Virus record (IMG/VR): IMGVR_UViG_3300045988_167023
Reading direction: 5' to 3' (one strand)
Origin: a virus
DNA: 41,261 bases
Shown: piece after piece, positions 1 to 9,648 of the stretch
How the letters are laid out: each line of letters opens with the position of its first letter
Numbering within the stretch: the stretch's first letter is position 1
Made by a program: the position numbers and the translations under genes
The notes under the pieces: generated by a model
What the model was told of the DNA's origin: nothing
Database searches by the model: none
Seen by the model: the letters and a program-made list of their open reading frames with translations, nothing else

Positions 1-119
1 CATATCGGATCAGTTCCCCCGTAAAACGTGCCGCAACGCCGGATAAGGTAGGAAATAATTATTGTTTTATCATCAATAATAACGTCCGTGCTGTCCAGCA
101 AAAGGCTGCACAAAAAAGC
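1..119. repeat. Terminal direct repeat, copy A; identical to 41143..41261. Marks circular permutation or an assembly overlap.
   Basis: The first 119 nt of the window reappear exactly at its end. Minus-strand genes read through the junction in frame. Confidence 0.9.
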
Positions 120-545
120 CAGATGGGCTGGTTTAGCCTTTTCAATTGCCGCGATTAAATAATCTACCCTTAGTTTATTATCCAAACATAAAATTTCAAG
201 CACATAATTTGACCAATCGTACAAAATCTCGTAATTAGTTCCATAATTGATTTGAATTAAATTATTTAACCTGTCCCAAGTAAACGGAAGTTTCAAGTTT
301 CGTTTATTCAGAATTTCCGCAACTCGTTCTTCGTCCGTTTTTGTATCATCTGGCACAATTCCGTAAAGCTCTTCGAACCGAGATATTAACTTGGTTGTAG
401 TTATATGAACGTCATAACGCATTTGATACATTTGTTCGTGCAGCTCGTCAAGTTCAGGCTGTATAGCGTCAATAATATCTTTCAGCTGCTTAATCTCATA
501 GACAAAGCGGGGAATATCTGTGCGTAATTTACTCTTAATTTCCAT
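1..545 (-). CDS. DUF2313 / XkdU-like (Mu gp48-like) tail protein, about 182 aa. Its stop codon spans the junction.
   Basis: ATG at 545..543 (ATGA overlap with the baseplate J stop); the frame stays open to nt 1. The TGA is completed by nt 41142 and is visible as tca at 41142..41144 in the terminal copy. Motif DDTKTDEERVAEILNKRNLKLPFTW fits DUF2313. The ORF is absent from the supplied track because it runs off the window edge. Confidence 0.6.
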   Translation of the reverse strand, partial: MEIKSKLRTDIPRFVYEIKQLKDIIDAIQPELDELHEQMYQMRYDVHITTTKLISRFEELYGIVPDDTKTDEERVAEILNKRNLKLPFTWDRLNNLIQINYGTNYEILYDWSNYVLEILCLDNKLRVDYLIAAIEKAKPAHLAFLCSLLLDSTDVIIDDKTIIISYLIRRCGTFYGGTDPI

Positions 546-546
546 A

Positions 547-1584
547 TCAAGCCTCGTTTATCGTGATTGAACCAGCTCGCGCAACTTGAGTTTCTGAAAG
601 GTTTATTGACACTTTGCCGCCGTTCATAGTGTAATTTGTAACATCTTCGACGCCTTGGCAGTTAAACAGCAAGTCAGACATTCGCAAGTATGACACCGTT
701 AAATCTGCCGTATCAAGATATTGTTTCAATAATTCTGTAAATTCTGCTTTAACGGTTGTTGTGCTGCCGCTGCTATCAATTACACAATCCGCGACAATAT
801 CAACATCAACATAATCAACACTTGCAACTGTTACAGTCGCCCCGATAGGCGCATTGTCTTCGATATAATCGGAAACGTGCTGTAAAAGCTCTTCTGTAGG
901 GTCAGTTTTATCCGGGGTAGAGATTAACACCTTGACAGTGCCGTTTCCGTTCCACAGCGGCAAAATAATAGCTTTGCCGACCCCGTCAACACTTTCAGCC
1001 CATAATTGATAATGCGCTTTGTTTCCTGAACTTGCCTCGGAGCGAATTTTGAACAAAATTCTTTCCCTATAATCGTCGTCGCTTTCCTTGTCCGTCCCGC
1101 CTGCGCCGTCGCCGGTAGCAACCGCAGAAGTCAGCCCGTAATAGCTGCCTACGAAATCAAAAACGGTCCCCTCGTCAACATTACCGTCTACACCGGGCGA
1201 ATCGCATTTAAATGTTACGTCAACGAACCCCTCTTCTGGTATATTTTTATTTTCGGTGCAGGTAAAAACAAGATTGCTAAATGTAATTTTTACATCGGTC
1301 CCAACCATTTGGTTTGGATACCCCTCAACCCTAACCGGAACAGTCGCATACGTCGCTTGTTTACGGTCAAGCCCTACATCTGCCCCGCATAAATCAAGGT
1401 CGTCGCCGGTTGCGGTCGTTGCAAAAGCTCTATTCAAAAGAGTGTCAATCTGCGTTTCTTGAACAGCTGAAAACTCATAACCCACGGCCCCGATAATATC
1501 TTGGCCGAACGTTCCCTCGGTTTTATTTTCTTGAAGTTTTAGCCGTGCGTTCATATCCGCAACGTAATCATCTTTTAAACTCAT
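547..1584 (-). CDS. Baseplate J-like protein (XkdT / Mu gp47 family).
   Basis: 345 aa, placed between XkdS-like and DUF2313-like genes. The N-terminal region resembles baseplate J. Confidence 0.7.
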   Translation of the reverse strand: MSLKDDYVADMNARLKLQENKTEGTFGQDIIGAVGYEFSAVQETQIDTLLNRAFATTATGDDLDLCGADVGLDRKQATYATVPVRVEGYPNQMVGTDVKITFSNLVFTCTENKNIPEEGFVDVTFKCDSPGVDGNVDEGTVFDFVGSYYGLTSAVATGDGAGGTDKESDDDYRERILFKIRSEASSGNKAHYQLWAESVDGVGKAIILPLWNGNGTVKVLISTPDKTDPTEELLQHVSDYIEDNAPIGATVTVASVDYVDVDIVADCVIDSSGSTTTVKAEFTELLKQYLDTADLTVSYLRMSDLLFNCQGVEDVTNYTMNGGKVSINLSETQVARAGSITINEA

Positions 1585-2084
1585 TGCATAAGCTCCCGTG
1601 TCAAGGTTGTTGTCAATTTGCCGTAAACAGTCGTTACGGTTGCCTGAATATTCATAACGCTGCCGGTTTGATTAAAAATAAAGTCTGAAACGCTTAAAAT
1701 ATACGGGTTGCAGATTAGCGCCTCGGTAATAATTCGTTGCAGTTCTGATTTTCGAACATCTGAATTAACAAAGCGCGCAATCAAATTATTAAACTCGTTT
1801 CCGTATTCTGGCGTGTAGGCTAAATATGCAAACAACTCCGTTTCCGGGTGTAATGCTTTCCAAATCCATATTTCCAGCGCGTCATTTTTAAAAACCAGAT
1901 AGGGCATTTTATTTTTAAGCTTTAATTCCTTTTTTTCATAATCATACGCCCACTCGGCAAAAATAGGCAGCGTGTCGGCGCTTATTGCTACATCCGGCTG
2001 TATATTATCATCAATAGTTAAATTTTGCGGAATAAAAGGAAAATCATTCGTTGCCATTTGTGCCCTCTCCCTCTGTTTTAACAA
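1581..2084 (-). CDS. Small baseplate protein (XkdS / gp25-W-like position).
   Basis: Assigned by synteny in a PBSX-type tail module. The start is probably the internal Met at 2057. Confidence 0.4.
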   Translation of the reverse strand: MLKQRERAQMATNDFPFIPQNLTIDDNIQPDVAISADTLPIFAEWAYDYEKKELKLKNKMPYLVFKNDALEIWIWKALHPETELFAYLAYTPEYGNEFNNLIARFVNSDVRKSELQRIITEALICNPYILSVSDFIFNQTGSVMNIQATVTTVYGKLTTTLTRELMQ

Positions 2085-2538
2085 CCATTGATATTTTTGA
2101 CAATACGATTATTTTATTTTCTCCGATTTTCTGAACCGCGACTAAATCGCCAACGTGCAGAATAAACCTATTATGCCATTGTTTGAAGTAATTATAAAAT
2201 TCTTTGATAAAATCAGGTATTGTGCCGGAAATTATAGCGGTATAGTCTGCATTTGGCGAACCTTGAGCAATCCACGGTTGCGGGGCCATTCCCTGAATGT
2301 TTTGTTGTCCTGCCATAGCTCCGTCAACATCAAGGTTTATGTTTTCATCAAGCAATAATTCATTACAATACAGGGTGTCGTTTTCAATACTAAAATCAAT
2401 CTCGCGAAAACGTACCGTTAACGGTTTAAGGCTCCGTACAATGCCGACGTTGGCCAATGCCCTAGATTTAAGCATTTTCCGGTTTTGCTCCGTTATCATT
2501 TTATACAGCTGGGTTTCCCAGCGTTCCCCTTTAGCCAT
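2044..2538 (-). CDS. Baseplate protein (XkdR-like position).
   Basis: Track ORF 2044..2640 trimmed to the internal Met (MAKGERW) to avoid a 110-nt overlap with the upstream gene. Assigned by synteny. Confidence 0.4.
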   Translation of the reverse strand: MAKGERWETQLYKMITEQNRKMLKSRALANVGIVRSLKPLTVRFREIDFSIENDTLYCNELLLDENINLDVDGAMAGQQNIQGMAPQPWIAQGSPNADYTAIISGTIPDFIKEFYNYFKQWHNRFILHVGDLVAVQKIGENKIIVLSKISMVVKTEGEGTNGNE

Positions 2539-3424
2539 TATAAGCAACTCCCAAGCGTGTTTCGTGGACGTTATCAAACCAAGTATGCTCGTCGTTGATG
2601 ATAAAAAATTTACCAACAAAGCCCGTTTTTGGCTCTGCAATTAAAACGTTTTTCCCGGTGATACATTTTACATCGCCGTTTATGATTATACTCCCCGTTT
2701 TATCAACCCCGTGCAGCTCCGGCAAAATTAAAACGTCGTCTTCCGTGTAACGTTCCGTTTCTACTTCCTGAAACAATCCGAATTTCTGTAAATCAGCTTG
2801 ATTCATTTTAGTTGTCAAAACAGAACCCTCGTCATCAACAATAACAATGCGGTTTATCATCTGTTCAATATTTTCCGAATACTCGGCCTCGCGTATATTA
2901 GTGTCGCTGCTTAAATTAGCCACGGTTAAAATATCGCTAGGCAAGTCTAAATAAACGTTTGAACCGAGCGCGCGGATATTATAAACCGGCAAGTCTAAAT
3001 CTTTCCGTATCGATTTGGCCAAAACTTCATAATATGTTAAATCACCGGTAGCAATGATTTGTTGGTTTGTGTGGCCGAACGTAATTAAACTTGTCAAACC
3101 GAAGACATTGCAGACTTGCGCGCATATCTGGGTTGCTGTTCCTACATAGCGCCCCGAGGCAGTGCTGCGCAATAAATTATTTAATAAATCGTAACAATCA
3201 ACTTCGTATTTTTTCGTCGTGGTGTTATAATTCGTTATGTATGCCATACCCTGAAACAATAAATTATTGTTATCGTCATACATCGTTATTTTATCGCCTA
3301 CGCGTGTGCTTTCTTCCATAGGTAGATATACGAACGAAAGCGTACGGGCTGCCTGCTGATAATCTCCGCCCCAGCGAATATACGTTTTTGTTAAAATTTC
3401 CTTGCCGTTCCGGTAAATTCTCAT
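2531..3424 (-). CDS. XkdQ-like baseplate hub / late control D-like protein.
   Basis: 297 aa, position and length match XkdQ following the LysM protein. Confidence 0.5.
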   Translation of the reverse strand: MRIYRNGKEILTKTYIRWGGDYQQAARTLSFVYLPMEESTRVGDKITMYDDNNNLLFQGMAYITNYNTTTKKYEVDCYDLLNNLLRSTASGRYVGTATQICAQVCNVFGLTSLITFGHTNQQIIATGDLTYYEVLAKSIRKDLDLPVYNIRALGSNVYLDLPSDILTVANLSSDTNIREAEYSENIEQMINRIVIVDDEGSVLTTKMNQADLQKFGLFQEVETERYTEDDVLILPELHGVDKTGSIIINGDVKCITGKNVLIAEPKTGFVGKFFIINDEHTWFDNVHETRLGVAYNG

Positions 3425-3433
3425 CGTCGCGCC

Positions 3434-4099
3434 TCATAGTTTTAAAATCTGGCCGGCAATATCGCTGTCAATAGTCAAACCGTTCTTTTCTGCAATAGCT
3501 GTCCAGTTCGCACTATCGCCGGTGTATTTAGTTGCAATTGAATATAAATCATCGCTTGATTTGGCCAAAACCGTATCAGCTAATGCACGAACAGACGAAC
3601 GAGAAGTTAAACCGCTGGCAAGAATTGATAAAACGGAATTAACAGCCGTGCTGGTTGTCGGGTCGCGGTGTTCGATAAAGTCCAGCTGGTAAAAAATTAT
3701 TTCGCAGCTTTCCCGAACAACCGGCTCGAATCTCTGAATCTTCATCAACTCGTTAAAGTAATCCGAAATGACTACACGGATAAGGTCTTTTTTTTCCTGC
3801 CAAGTTTTAATTTTACTTATCGCCGATTGCCGTGTGATGATATTATTGATTGCTCCGGTGATTAAATTCGTATATGTCGTATCAGTATTGGCCAAAGCGT
3901 CATCATTTAAAAAAATGCTGTTAATCGTCAATGTCTTGCAACGACGGTCTCCGATTATTGCTACTTCCCCGAAATCAATTACATTATGCTGCGTCAAATT
4001 CATTTCAGCCGGCAGCGCAATTTCATTCGGATTTATCGGCAGCGTTAAAATTTCGCCCCGCGTCTGATTGTGAAAATAAACTGTCATACGCTTAGCCAT
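3434..4099 (-). CDS. LysM-domain tail protein (XkdP-like).
   Basis: C-terminal LysM-like motif DLYSIATKYTGDSANWTAIAEKNGL; sits directly downstream of the tape measure gene. Confidence 0.65.
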   Translation of the reverse strand: MAKRMTVYFHNQTRGEILTLPINPNEIALPAEMNLTQHNVIDFGEVAIIGDRRCKTLTINSIFLNDDALANTDTTYTNLITGAINNIITRQSAISKIKTWQEKKDLIRVVISDYFNELMKIQRFEPVVRESCEIIFYQLDFIEHRDPTTSTAVNSVLSILASGLTSRSSVRALADTVLAKSSDDLYSIATKYTGDSANWTAIAEKNGLTIDSDIAGQILKL

Positions 4100-4101
4100 T
4101 T

Positions 4102-5595
4102 TTAGAAACTCCCCGTATTACTGAAAGCCATTTGTAACTGTTTTGTGAGGCTCTGCCCGATTTTTTCAATGTCCGCCTCTTCTCGAACTGTGCCGTTTAA
4201 AGTAAAGTTATTGGTCATATTCGTAGTATTATTTGTCGTATTTTGCGTTGGCCTCTGCATTGCTGATATTTTCGCAATATCTTTTCCATAACGAGATTGA
4301 TCTGAAAATGCGCCAGCAATTCGATTAACAAAGCCCTGTACTTGCTTGTCAATAGGCTCTTTGGCCTGAACGTCTTTAAATCTGTCCTCAATTGTTTGGC
4401 CATAAGCGAATTTATCGGCTTTGATTGACAAAATCCGGTCTTCGATTGTTTCCCCCGGCATAAGAGGTTTTACGGTCGGTTTAATTTCTTTCGGGGCATA
4501 ATCACCCGACCAAGCCCCGCCGATTGATTCCCAAAATCCTCTGCCATCTGAACCGCTGTTAAACATATTTGTTAAAATTTCGCTGGTCTTTTCAGCAATT
4601 TTATATAAAGCAGTCAACCCAGCCACAATTTTAGTTATCGTGAAAATTACCGGGTGTTTTTCAATAACTGTTAATGCCGTTGCAATTGAGCCAAGCGCTC
4701 CGACTACGGTCGGGGCGACGATTGCAATGCCCCCGGCGGTCAAAATATAATCTTGCGTTGAATCGTCCAAAGAATCAAACTTATCGACTAAGACAATAAG
4801 TTTTTCGATGATATTTGAAACGTGCGGCAATAGCTTTGTTCCGAGCTTAATTCCAAGAAGTTCGACATTATCGATTAAAGTTGATAAACGGCCCGACGCT
4901 GTTTTACTCTGTTTTTCCATTAAACCGTAGAATTTTCCGCCTGCCGATGTAGCTTTCATCATCGCTTTTTCTACCTGCTCGAACGAGATTTTGCCCTTGC
5001 TCATTCTATCCTTTAACCGCGACATAGATATACCGGTTTGTTCCGATATAATTTTAAGCGGGTTAAAACCGGCGTTAACCATTTGCAAAAGGTCTTGCCC
5101 CATCAATTTACCGGACGCTTGAACCTGCGCAAAGGCCAACGCCAAGCTGTCAAACCTTTGTTTGTTTCCGCCGGCTAAATCGCCAAGCATACGCAGCGCA
5201 GGAATAATTTTTTCGGCACTATAACCGAAGTTTAAGAGCAATTTCGCATTATCGGTTAAACCTCTCGTTTCAAGCGGGGTTTCTGCTGCCAACTTCTGAA
5301 TATCAGCCACCATTTTTTGGGCTTTATCTGCACTGCCGAGCAGCGTTTCAAAAACCGAAAGCGTGTTCTCCATATCCATAGCAAGCTTAACCATTGCCCC
5401 GCCTGCTGCAATAAGCGGCAGCGCGATTCTCGTTTGCCCCCAGTGTCCTACATCTTTCGCAATTTTCCCGAACTTTTCCAAAGAAAACGAGGTTTTTTTC
5501 GTTTTCTTATCAAAGTTATCCATACCGGCAGCCATTTTAACCAGCTTGCCGCTTACTTCATCGCGTAATCGTAAAACATCTTCAAAGGTTGCCAT
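4102..5595 (-). CDS. Tail tape measure protein.
   Basis: About 498 aa, helical and Ala/Gly-rich, downstream of the chaperone pair. Start chosen at MATFEDV (5595); the track ORF extends to 5649. Confidence 0.7.
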   Translation of the reverse strand: MATFEDVLRLRDEVSGKLVKMAAGMDNFDKKTKKTSFSLEKFGKIAKDVGHWGQTRIALPLIAAGGAMVKLAMDMENTLSVFETLLGSADKAQKMVADIQKLAAETPLETRGLTDNAKLLLNFGYSAEKIIPALRMLGDLAGGNKQRFDSLALAFAQVQASGKLMGQDLLQMVNAGFNPLKIISEQTGISMSRLKDRMSKGKISFEQVEKAMMKATSAGGKFYGLMEKQSKTASGRLSTLIDNVELLGIKLGTKLLPHVSNIIEKLIVLVDKFDSLDDSTQDYILTAGGIAIVAPTVVGALGSIATALTVIEKHPVIFTITKIVAGLTALYKIAEKTSEILTNMFNSGSDGRGFWESIGGAWSGDYAPKEIKPTVKPLMPGETIEDRILSIKADKFAYGQTIEDRFKDVQAKEPIDKQVQGFVNRIAGAFSDQSRYGKDIAKISAMQRPTQNTTNNTTNMTNNFTLNGTVREEADIEKIGQSLTKQLQMAFSNTGSF

Positions 5596-5743
5596 TGCCT
5601 TTTTTCTCCCACCAAAACAAAGCGCTGGCCAAATAAAAATCGCGCTCAACCGGTTTTAAAGATAATACCTTGTTCGGGTCAATCCCCCGTTCAAGGTAAT
5701 AGGACGCCAAAAACAAATTGACGTCCGTTTTAATCAGTTTTTT
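5582..5743 (-). other. Programmed -1 frameshift extension of the tail assembly chaperone (G/T-like); slippery A_AAA_AAC at 5743..5737.
   Basis: The zero-frame end reads CTA AAA AAC TGA. The -1 frame stays open for 47 codons across the whole chaperone-to-tape-measure gap and stops at 5584..5582, inside the tape measure start. Confidence 0.55.
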
Positions 5744-6129
5744 AGTTCGTCCACGGGGTCATCGTCTTTTTTAGGCGTTGACATTCCGTTGATCTCGTAA
5801 ATTTTCAAAATAATATCTGCAATATCATCGGGTTTAAACAGGTATTCGATAATATCATAATAAGACTGGATTAAACCCTTTTCTTTTGCAGGGACTGCAA
5901 TTTTTTTTAAGTCCATACAAGAATAAATAGTTTTAATCATTTCAGGCGTCAGCATATCGCCGATTGTAACCTTTTTAATTCGCTGGGAATAAATCAGGTC
6001 GCGGCGCTCGCTATGCGTTAACGTTCTGATCTCCATATCTTCATCAAGGCTTTTAATGTGAACGATATATTTTTCTTCTGGCCGGTTTTTTTCGGCCTCA
6101 ATCACTTTTAAATATTTTTCAATATCCAT
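5734..6129 (-). CDS. Tail assembly chaperone (XkdN-like, gpG analog).
   Basis: 131 aa between the tube and tape measure genes, with an acidic C-terminus. Confidence 0.6.
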   Translation of the reverse strand: MDIEKYLKVIEAEKNRPEEKYIVHIKSLDEDMEIRTLTHSERRDLIYSQRIKKVTIGDMLTPEMIKTIYSCMDLKKIAVPAKEKGLIQSYYDIIEYLFKPDDIADIILKIYEINGMSTPKKDDDPVDELKN

Positions 6130-6130
6130 A

Positions 6131-6571
6131 CTAAGCCTCGTTAAAAACTTGGTCGTTTACCTGAACTTTTGACGGCGGGAAAGCAAAATTTAAATCCTTT
6201 TCGATAATTTCGCCTTTCGTCATAGCCAAAAACGGGACTTCATCAAAAGAAACCTCGTTAATGGTATAGCCCTCTTGCTGGCCGTTTGCAGCTCCCGGGT
6301 CTTTCAAGTTCGTTTCAATTACGAAATGCGGCTCTTCACCCTTAGCCAGGTATTTTTGTAAAATACTGGCACAAGTCGAATAAACCTCTTGAATGGTTGC
6401 TGTTCCCGTTCCTTGATGTGAAACTTTGGTACGTTTCAGGTCAAGCCCCTCGTAATATTCTGCATAGTTATTTTGGACACTGGCGGTAATTGAAGAGAAT
6501 TTTGCAACCTCTTCCCCGTCAAGCCAAACCTTGCCCCAAGTGCCGACCAGCGGCGCGCGTTCTCCTGCCAT
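6131..6571 (-). CDS. Tail tube protein (XkdM family).
   Basis: 146 aa. Motif HQGTGTATIQEVYS resembles XkdM GTGT...VYS. Immediately downstream of the sheath gene. Confidence 0.7.
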   Translation of the reverse strand: MAGERAPLVGTWGKVWLDGEEVAKFSSITASVQNNYAEYYEGLDLKRTKVSHQGTGTATIQEVYSTCASILQKYLAKGEEPHFVIETNLKDPGAANGQQEGYTINEVSFDEVPFLAMTKGEIIEKDLNFAFPPSKVQVNDQVFNEA

Positions 6572-6574
6572 AGT

Positions 6575-7681
6575 TTAAGCCTCCTCAAATAAATTAAAGT
6601 CAAGGTCAAGGTCTTCCATAACATCAGTAGGCGCACAAGAGCCGTCAAGCCCTACATACGAACCGGTGTTATATTGTAAAACCTGCTGTGTTGTCATATC
6701 TGCCGTGCTTATGCCCTGCCCCTCAAGATATGCCTTATTTTTGTCATACGAAACAGAAACTTTATTAGTCATATTCTCGTCAAGCAGTTCCGGCGTCAAG
6801 CCCTGCAAATAAGAGTTGATTGCCCCGCAGAAACGAACTTTATTAGCATAATCGTTAACATATTTGCCAACATAGCTATCGCGGAAAGTTGTTACAATAT
6901 CCTCGGCTATAAGGTCAAGAGTTGAAACAATGCGGATTTTCTGAAAATCAGCCGTTACGCCGTCGGTCAATGTCGTCAAACTGTTAACTGCACGGCCGAG
7001 CTTATACTCGCCATTTTTAAACAGCGGAATCAAATGCCCTGCGTCGGCTGCAGCGTCCGGATCTTCCAAAATATCGCAAGACACGATTTCATCAAGCTTG
7101 GTATAAGTTGCCGAAATCGTATCAGACAAGCCCGCCAAAATGCCCGCAATACGGCAGGTATATTCTGCGCCTGTATAAGATTCTTCTGTGCCGGTAAAGT
7201 TCAATTTAAGATTTTCGCAGCCGTCAAGTTCAATAATGCGCTGGCTGTCTGCCTCGGTAGACGGCTTGTAAAAAATAGCCTTTCCGAACGCGTCAAGACT
7301 TTTCCGGGCTTTTTCCAAATAATCCTGAATTGCTGTCATACCGGCAGCGTTAGCCGCAGGCATAGCCAGATAATTAAACCGCAACTTTTTAAGCAATGCT
7401 ACAGTGTCCGTAATTTCTTCCTGCTGTTTAATCAGGATTACTTTATACGGACCGCCCAAAAAGCACATCTGTAAAAGTTTATAAGTTTTAGCGTCAACTT
7501 CATCAGTCTTTACGTCGGAAAATGTCGCATAAGTTTTAACATTTTCCGATAGCGTTTCATCATTCAGAACAAGCGCGGCAATTCCCTGCTGGGAGCGGGT
7601 GATTGCTGTAACGGCTTTTCTGTGAAATTCAATGACGAAACTCGGCTGTCCTTGTCCTGCCATTTCAATCCTCACTTTCAA
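6575..7681 (-). CDS. Contractile tail sheath protein (short, XkdK-like).
   Basis: 368 aa, directly upstream of the tube gene. Assigned by synteny. Confidence 0.6.
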   Translation of the reverse strand: MKVRIEMAGQGQPSFVIEFHRKAVTAITRSQQGIAALVLNDETLSENVKTYATFSDVKTDEVDAKTYKLLQMCFLGGPYKVILIKQQEEITDTVALLKKLRFNYLAMPAANAAGMTAIQDYLEKARKSLDAFGKAIFYKPSTEADSQRIIELDGCENLKLNFTGTEESYTGAEYTCRIAGILAGLSDTISATYTKLDEIVSCDILEDPDAAADAGHLIPLFKNGEYKLGRAVNSLTTLTDGVTADFQKIRIVSTLDLIAEDIVTTFRDSYVGKYVNDYANKVRFCGAINSYLQGLTPELLDENMTNKVSVSYDKNKAYLEGQGISTADMTTQQVLQYNTGSYVGLDGSCAPTDVMEDLDLDFNLFEEA

Positions 7682-8132
7682 AAGTTAAATCCAAGGTTCC
7701 CATTTTTTCAGCGTTATCGTACGCAATTTTATCGACAGTGTCAACTTGGTAATTCGCGGAAAATGAAATTTGCAAATAACCGTCAACAATCCGATGTTCA
7801 AAATCATCATTCGGCGTAATAATATAGCTTTTTTCACGCCGTTTATACTGCAAGCCTTTTTTTAACGGCTCTATGATTGAATCGGCGAACTCGTAAAGCT
7901 CCAAATCGTCGGTTTCCGCGGCGTACGCAAATTCAATTACAATTTCGGCGTGTATATCTGCATAAAAGTTTTGGTCTGCTGTGCTGCTCGTAAAAAGCGG
8001 GAAATACACCACCATAAACGGATATTCAACCGAACGAACGCGGCCGAAAAATATTTTAACGTCTTTTTCCTGAAAACGCAAATTTCCAAGAGTACGACTA
8101 ATTGCTTGTGCAAGTTCTACCGGATCACTCAC
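7665..8132 (-). CDS. Tail completion / tail terminator protein (unassigned family).
   Basis: Sits between the gp10-like gene and the sheath gene. Confidence 0.35.
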   Translation of the reverse strand: MSDPVELAQAISRTLGNLRFQEKDVKIFFGRVRSVEYPFMVVYFPLFTSSTADQNFYADIHAEIVIEFAYAAETDDLELYEFADSIIEPLKKGLQYKRREKSYIITPNDDFEHRIVDGYLQISFSANYQVDTVDKIAYDNAEKMGTLDLTFESED

Positions 8133-8539
8133 TTTATAACCCCCCGTAATAAATCAGTCATAACAGGCTTTATTTTGGATTGTGTCTTTTTAATGCTGAT
8201 TAAGCCAACAAACCGCCCCCGCGTTTTCTTTCCGGTATCTCTGCCTGTCCTGGTAACAATGCGGTGTCCATGTTCCAAATGGCTCGCATATTCGGCCTCG
8301 TTTATACATTTAACAGACGTGTCCAAACCGGATTTTTCAACTTCTGCCGTCCAGCTCCGCCGATAGTTTCCGGTTTTAACGAGATTCTGCGCAGATGTTT
8401 CTTTTTTAGCCTCGGCCACAAAGGTTTTAGCCGCAGTATCGCCCACATCTTCAAAAATAGCCGATATTGCGCTTTTTCTTTCCAAATAAACCTTTTTTGC
8501 GTCTTTAAACTTCACGTGCAGCCTCCGCGATAGGCTCAA
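8129..8539 (-). CDS. HK97 gp10-family tail-component protein.
   Basis: Motif LVKTGNYRRSW. Confidence 0.6.
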   Translation of the reverse strand: MSLSRRLHVKFKDAKKVYLERKSAISAIFEDVGDTAAKTFVAEAKKETSAQNLVKTGNYRRSWTAEVEKSGLDTSVKCINEAEYASHLEHGHRIVTRTGRDTGKKTRGRFVGLISIKKTQSKIKPVMTDLLRGVIK

Positions 8540-8864
8540 ACGAGCATTGTGTTTGAGCTGTCATTGTGTAAATTTTGGTTTGTCCGGCATAAAGTTCTAA
8601 ATTTTCACCGGCAGCCGTTTTAATAATGATTTTATCGTTAATCTGCAAACGGTATCGGGGCGAATAAAACAAAACAAAGTCTTTATTTACAGCCGTTGCC
8701 TGCTCTTTTATATAAATTTGATGTAGCCTATTATTAACGGCTAAATGGCATTTTATACCGATATAAACCTCGGTCAATTCGTTCTTGCTGTAGCCGCTAT
8801 TCCCTGCAACAACCTGCTGCCTATATACTGCGGCGGTATCATTCCAAAATATTCGTGGTGTCAT
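8505..8864 (-). CDS. Head-tail joining / head closure protein.
   Basis: Position between gp6-like and gp10-like genes. Confidence 0.4.
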   Translation of the reverse strand: MTPRIFWNDTAAVYRQQVVAGNSGYSKNELTEVYIGIKCHLAVNNRLHQIYIKEQATAVNKDFVLFYSPRYRLQINDKIIIKTAAGENLELYAGQTKIYTMTAQTQCSFEPIAEAAREV

Positions 8865-9198
8865 TTTCTTTCGATTCCTCTACTCCTAAAATTTTACGCC
8901 AACGCTGCAAAAGGTTTTTCTCGTCAAAGGCATTGTCCGAGGCTGAATAAGTAACGGACATATCCAATTCCTTATAGCTCGTAACCTTTTGCGCATTTAA
9001 CCCGTTTTCAAGATAATTTGCAGCAATACGGGCAACAACCCGCTCCATACAAAGCGGTATATCGTCGCGGTTGCAATAGGCTAAACATTCATCAATTACA
9101 ACATCAACTTCAAAATCTTCAATTTCTGAAAGCTCGTCAATAGCATTTAAGATTTTGACGTAACCTTTTATTCTTTCTCGCTGTTCTTCCGTAACCAT
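8839..9198 (-). CDS. gp6-like head-tail connector protein.
   Basis: 119 aa, acidic, first gene after the terminator that follows the head genes. Confidence 0.5.
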   Translation of the reverse strand: MVTEEQRERIKGYVKILNAIDELSEIEDFEVDVVIDECLAYCNRDDIPLCMERVVARIAANYLENGLNAQKVTSYKELDMSVTYSASDNAFDEKNLLQRWRKILGVEESKENDTTNILE

Positions 9199-9230
9199 TA
9201 AAAAACCTCTTGCCTTTATTTTATTCAGAA

Positions 9231-9278
9231 TAAAAAAAAAGACAATACAAAAAAAGACGGCAGCTAAAAACTGCCGTC
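9231..9278 (-). terminator. Rho-independent terminator.
   Basis: Stem gacggcag/ctgccgtc, followed on the minus strand by a T-rich run (TTTTTGTATTGTCTTTTTTTTT). Confidence 0.75.
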
Positions 9279-9366
9279 CGAGACTTTATGAACTTCAGGT
9301 AATCATAATAATAAACATACAGCGGAGAATATGAAAAAAATAATCAGTAACCGTTTTTATGCAAAA

Positions 9367-9648
9367 TCAATTTAAAATCTTTTCAATGTCTTTTTCAAGA
9401 TTTTTCTTTGCATTATCCCCACCGTTGCCCGATTCCTGCTTTTCAGGGTCGTTCTCCGGTTTGGCATTCTGATTATTTGCGGAGGCTCCGGCAGTTTGAG
9501 AGCTGCCACCGTTGCCCGATTCCTGCTTTTTTGCTCGTTCAGGCTTTACAATAGCATAGCCTTTACTTTCATAAAGTCCGCGGTCTTTTTCGTCAACCAC
9601 TTCAATACGGTTATTTTTTCTCATAACTACCATTTTACACCTCATCAA
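9367..9648 (-). CDS. Small head-module protein with repeated KQESGNGG.
   Basis: A 25-bp direct DNA repeat (ccaccgttgcccgattcctgctttt) at about 9420 and 9505 encodes the duplicated peptide. Confidence 0.4.
   Translation of the reverse strand: MMRCKMVVMRKNNRIEVVDEKDRGLYESKGYAIVKPERAKKQESGNGGSSQTAGASANNQNAKPENDPEKQESGNGGDNAKKNLEKDIEKILN

Noticed and set aside
7034-7474. 146-aa plus-strand ORF inside the sheath gene
   Set aside because: It has no RBS, a Cys/Arg-rich antisense composition, and is embedded in a confidently called structural gene.
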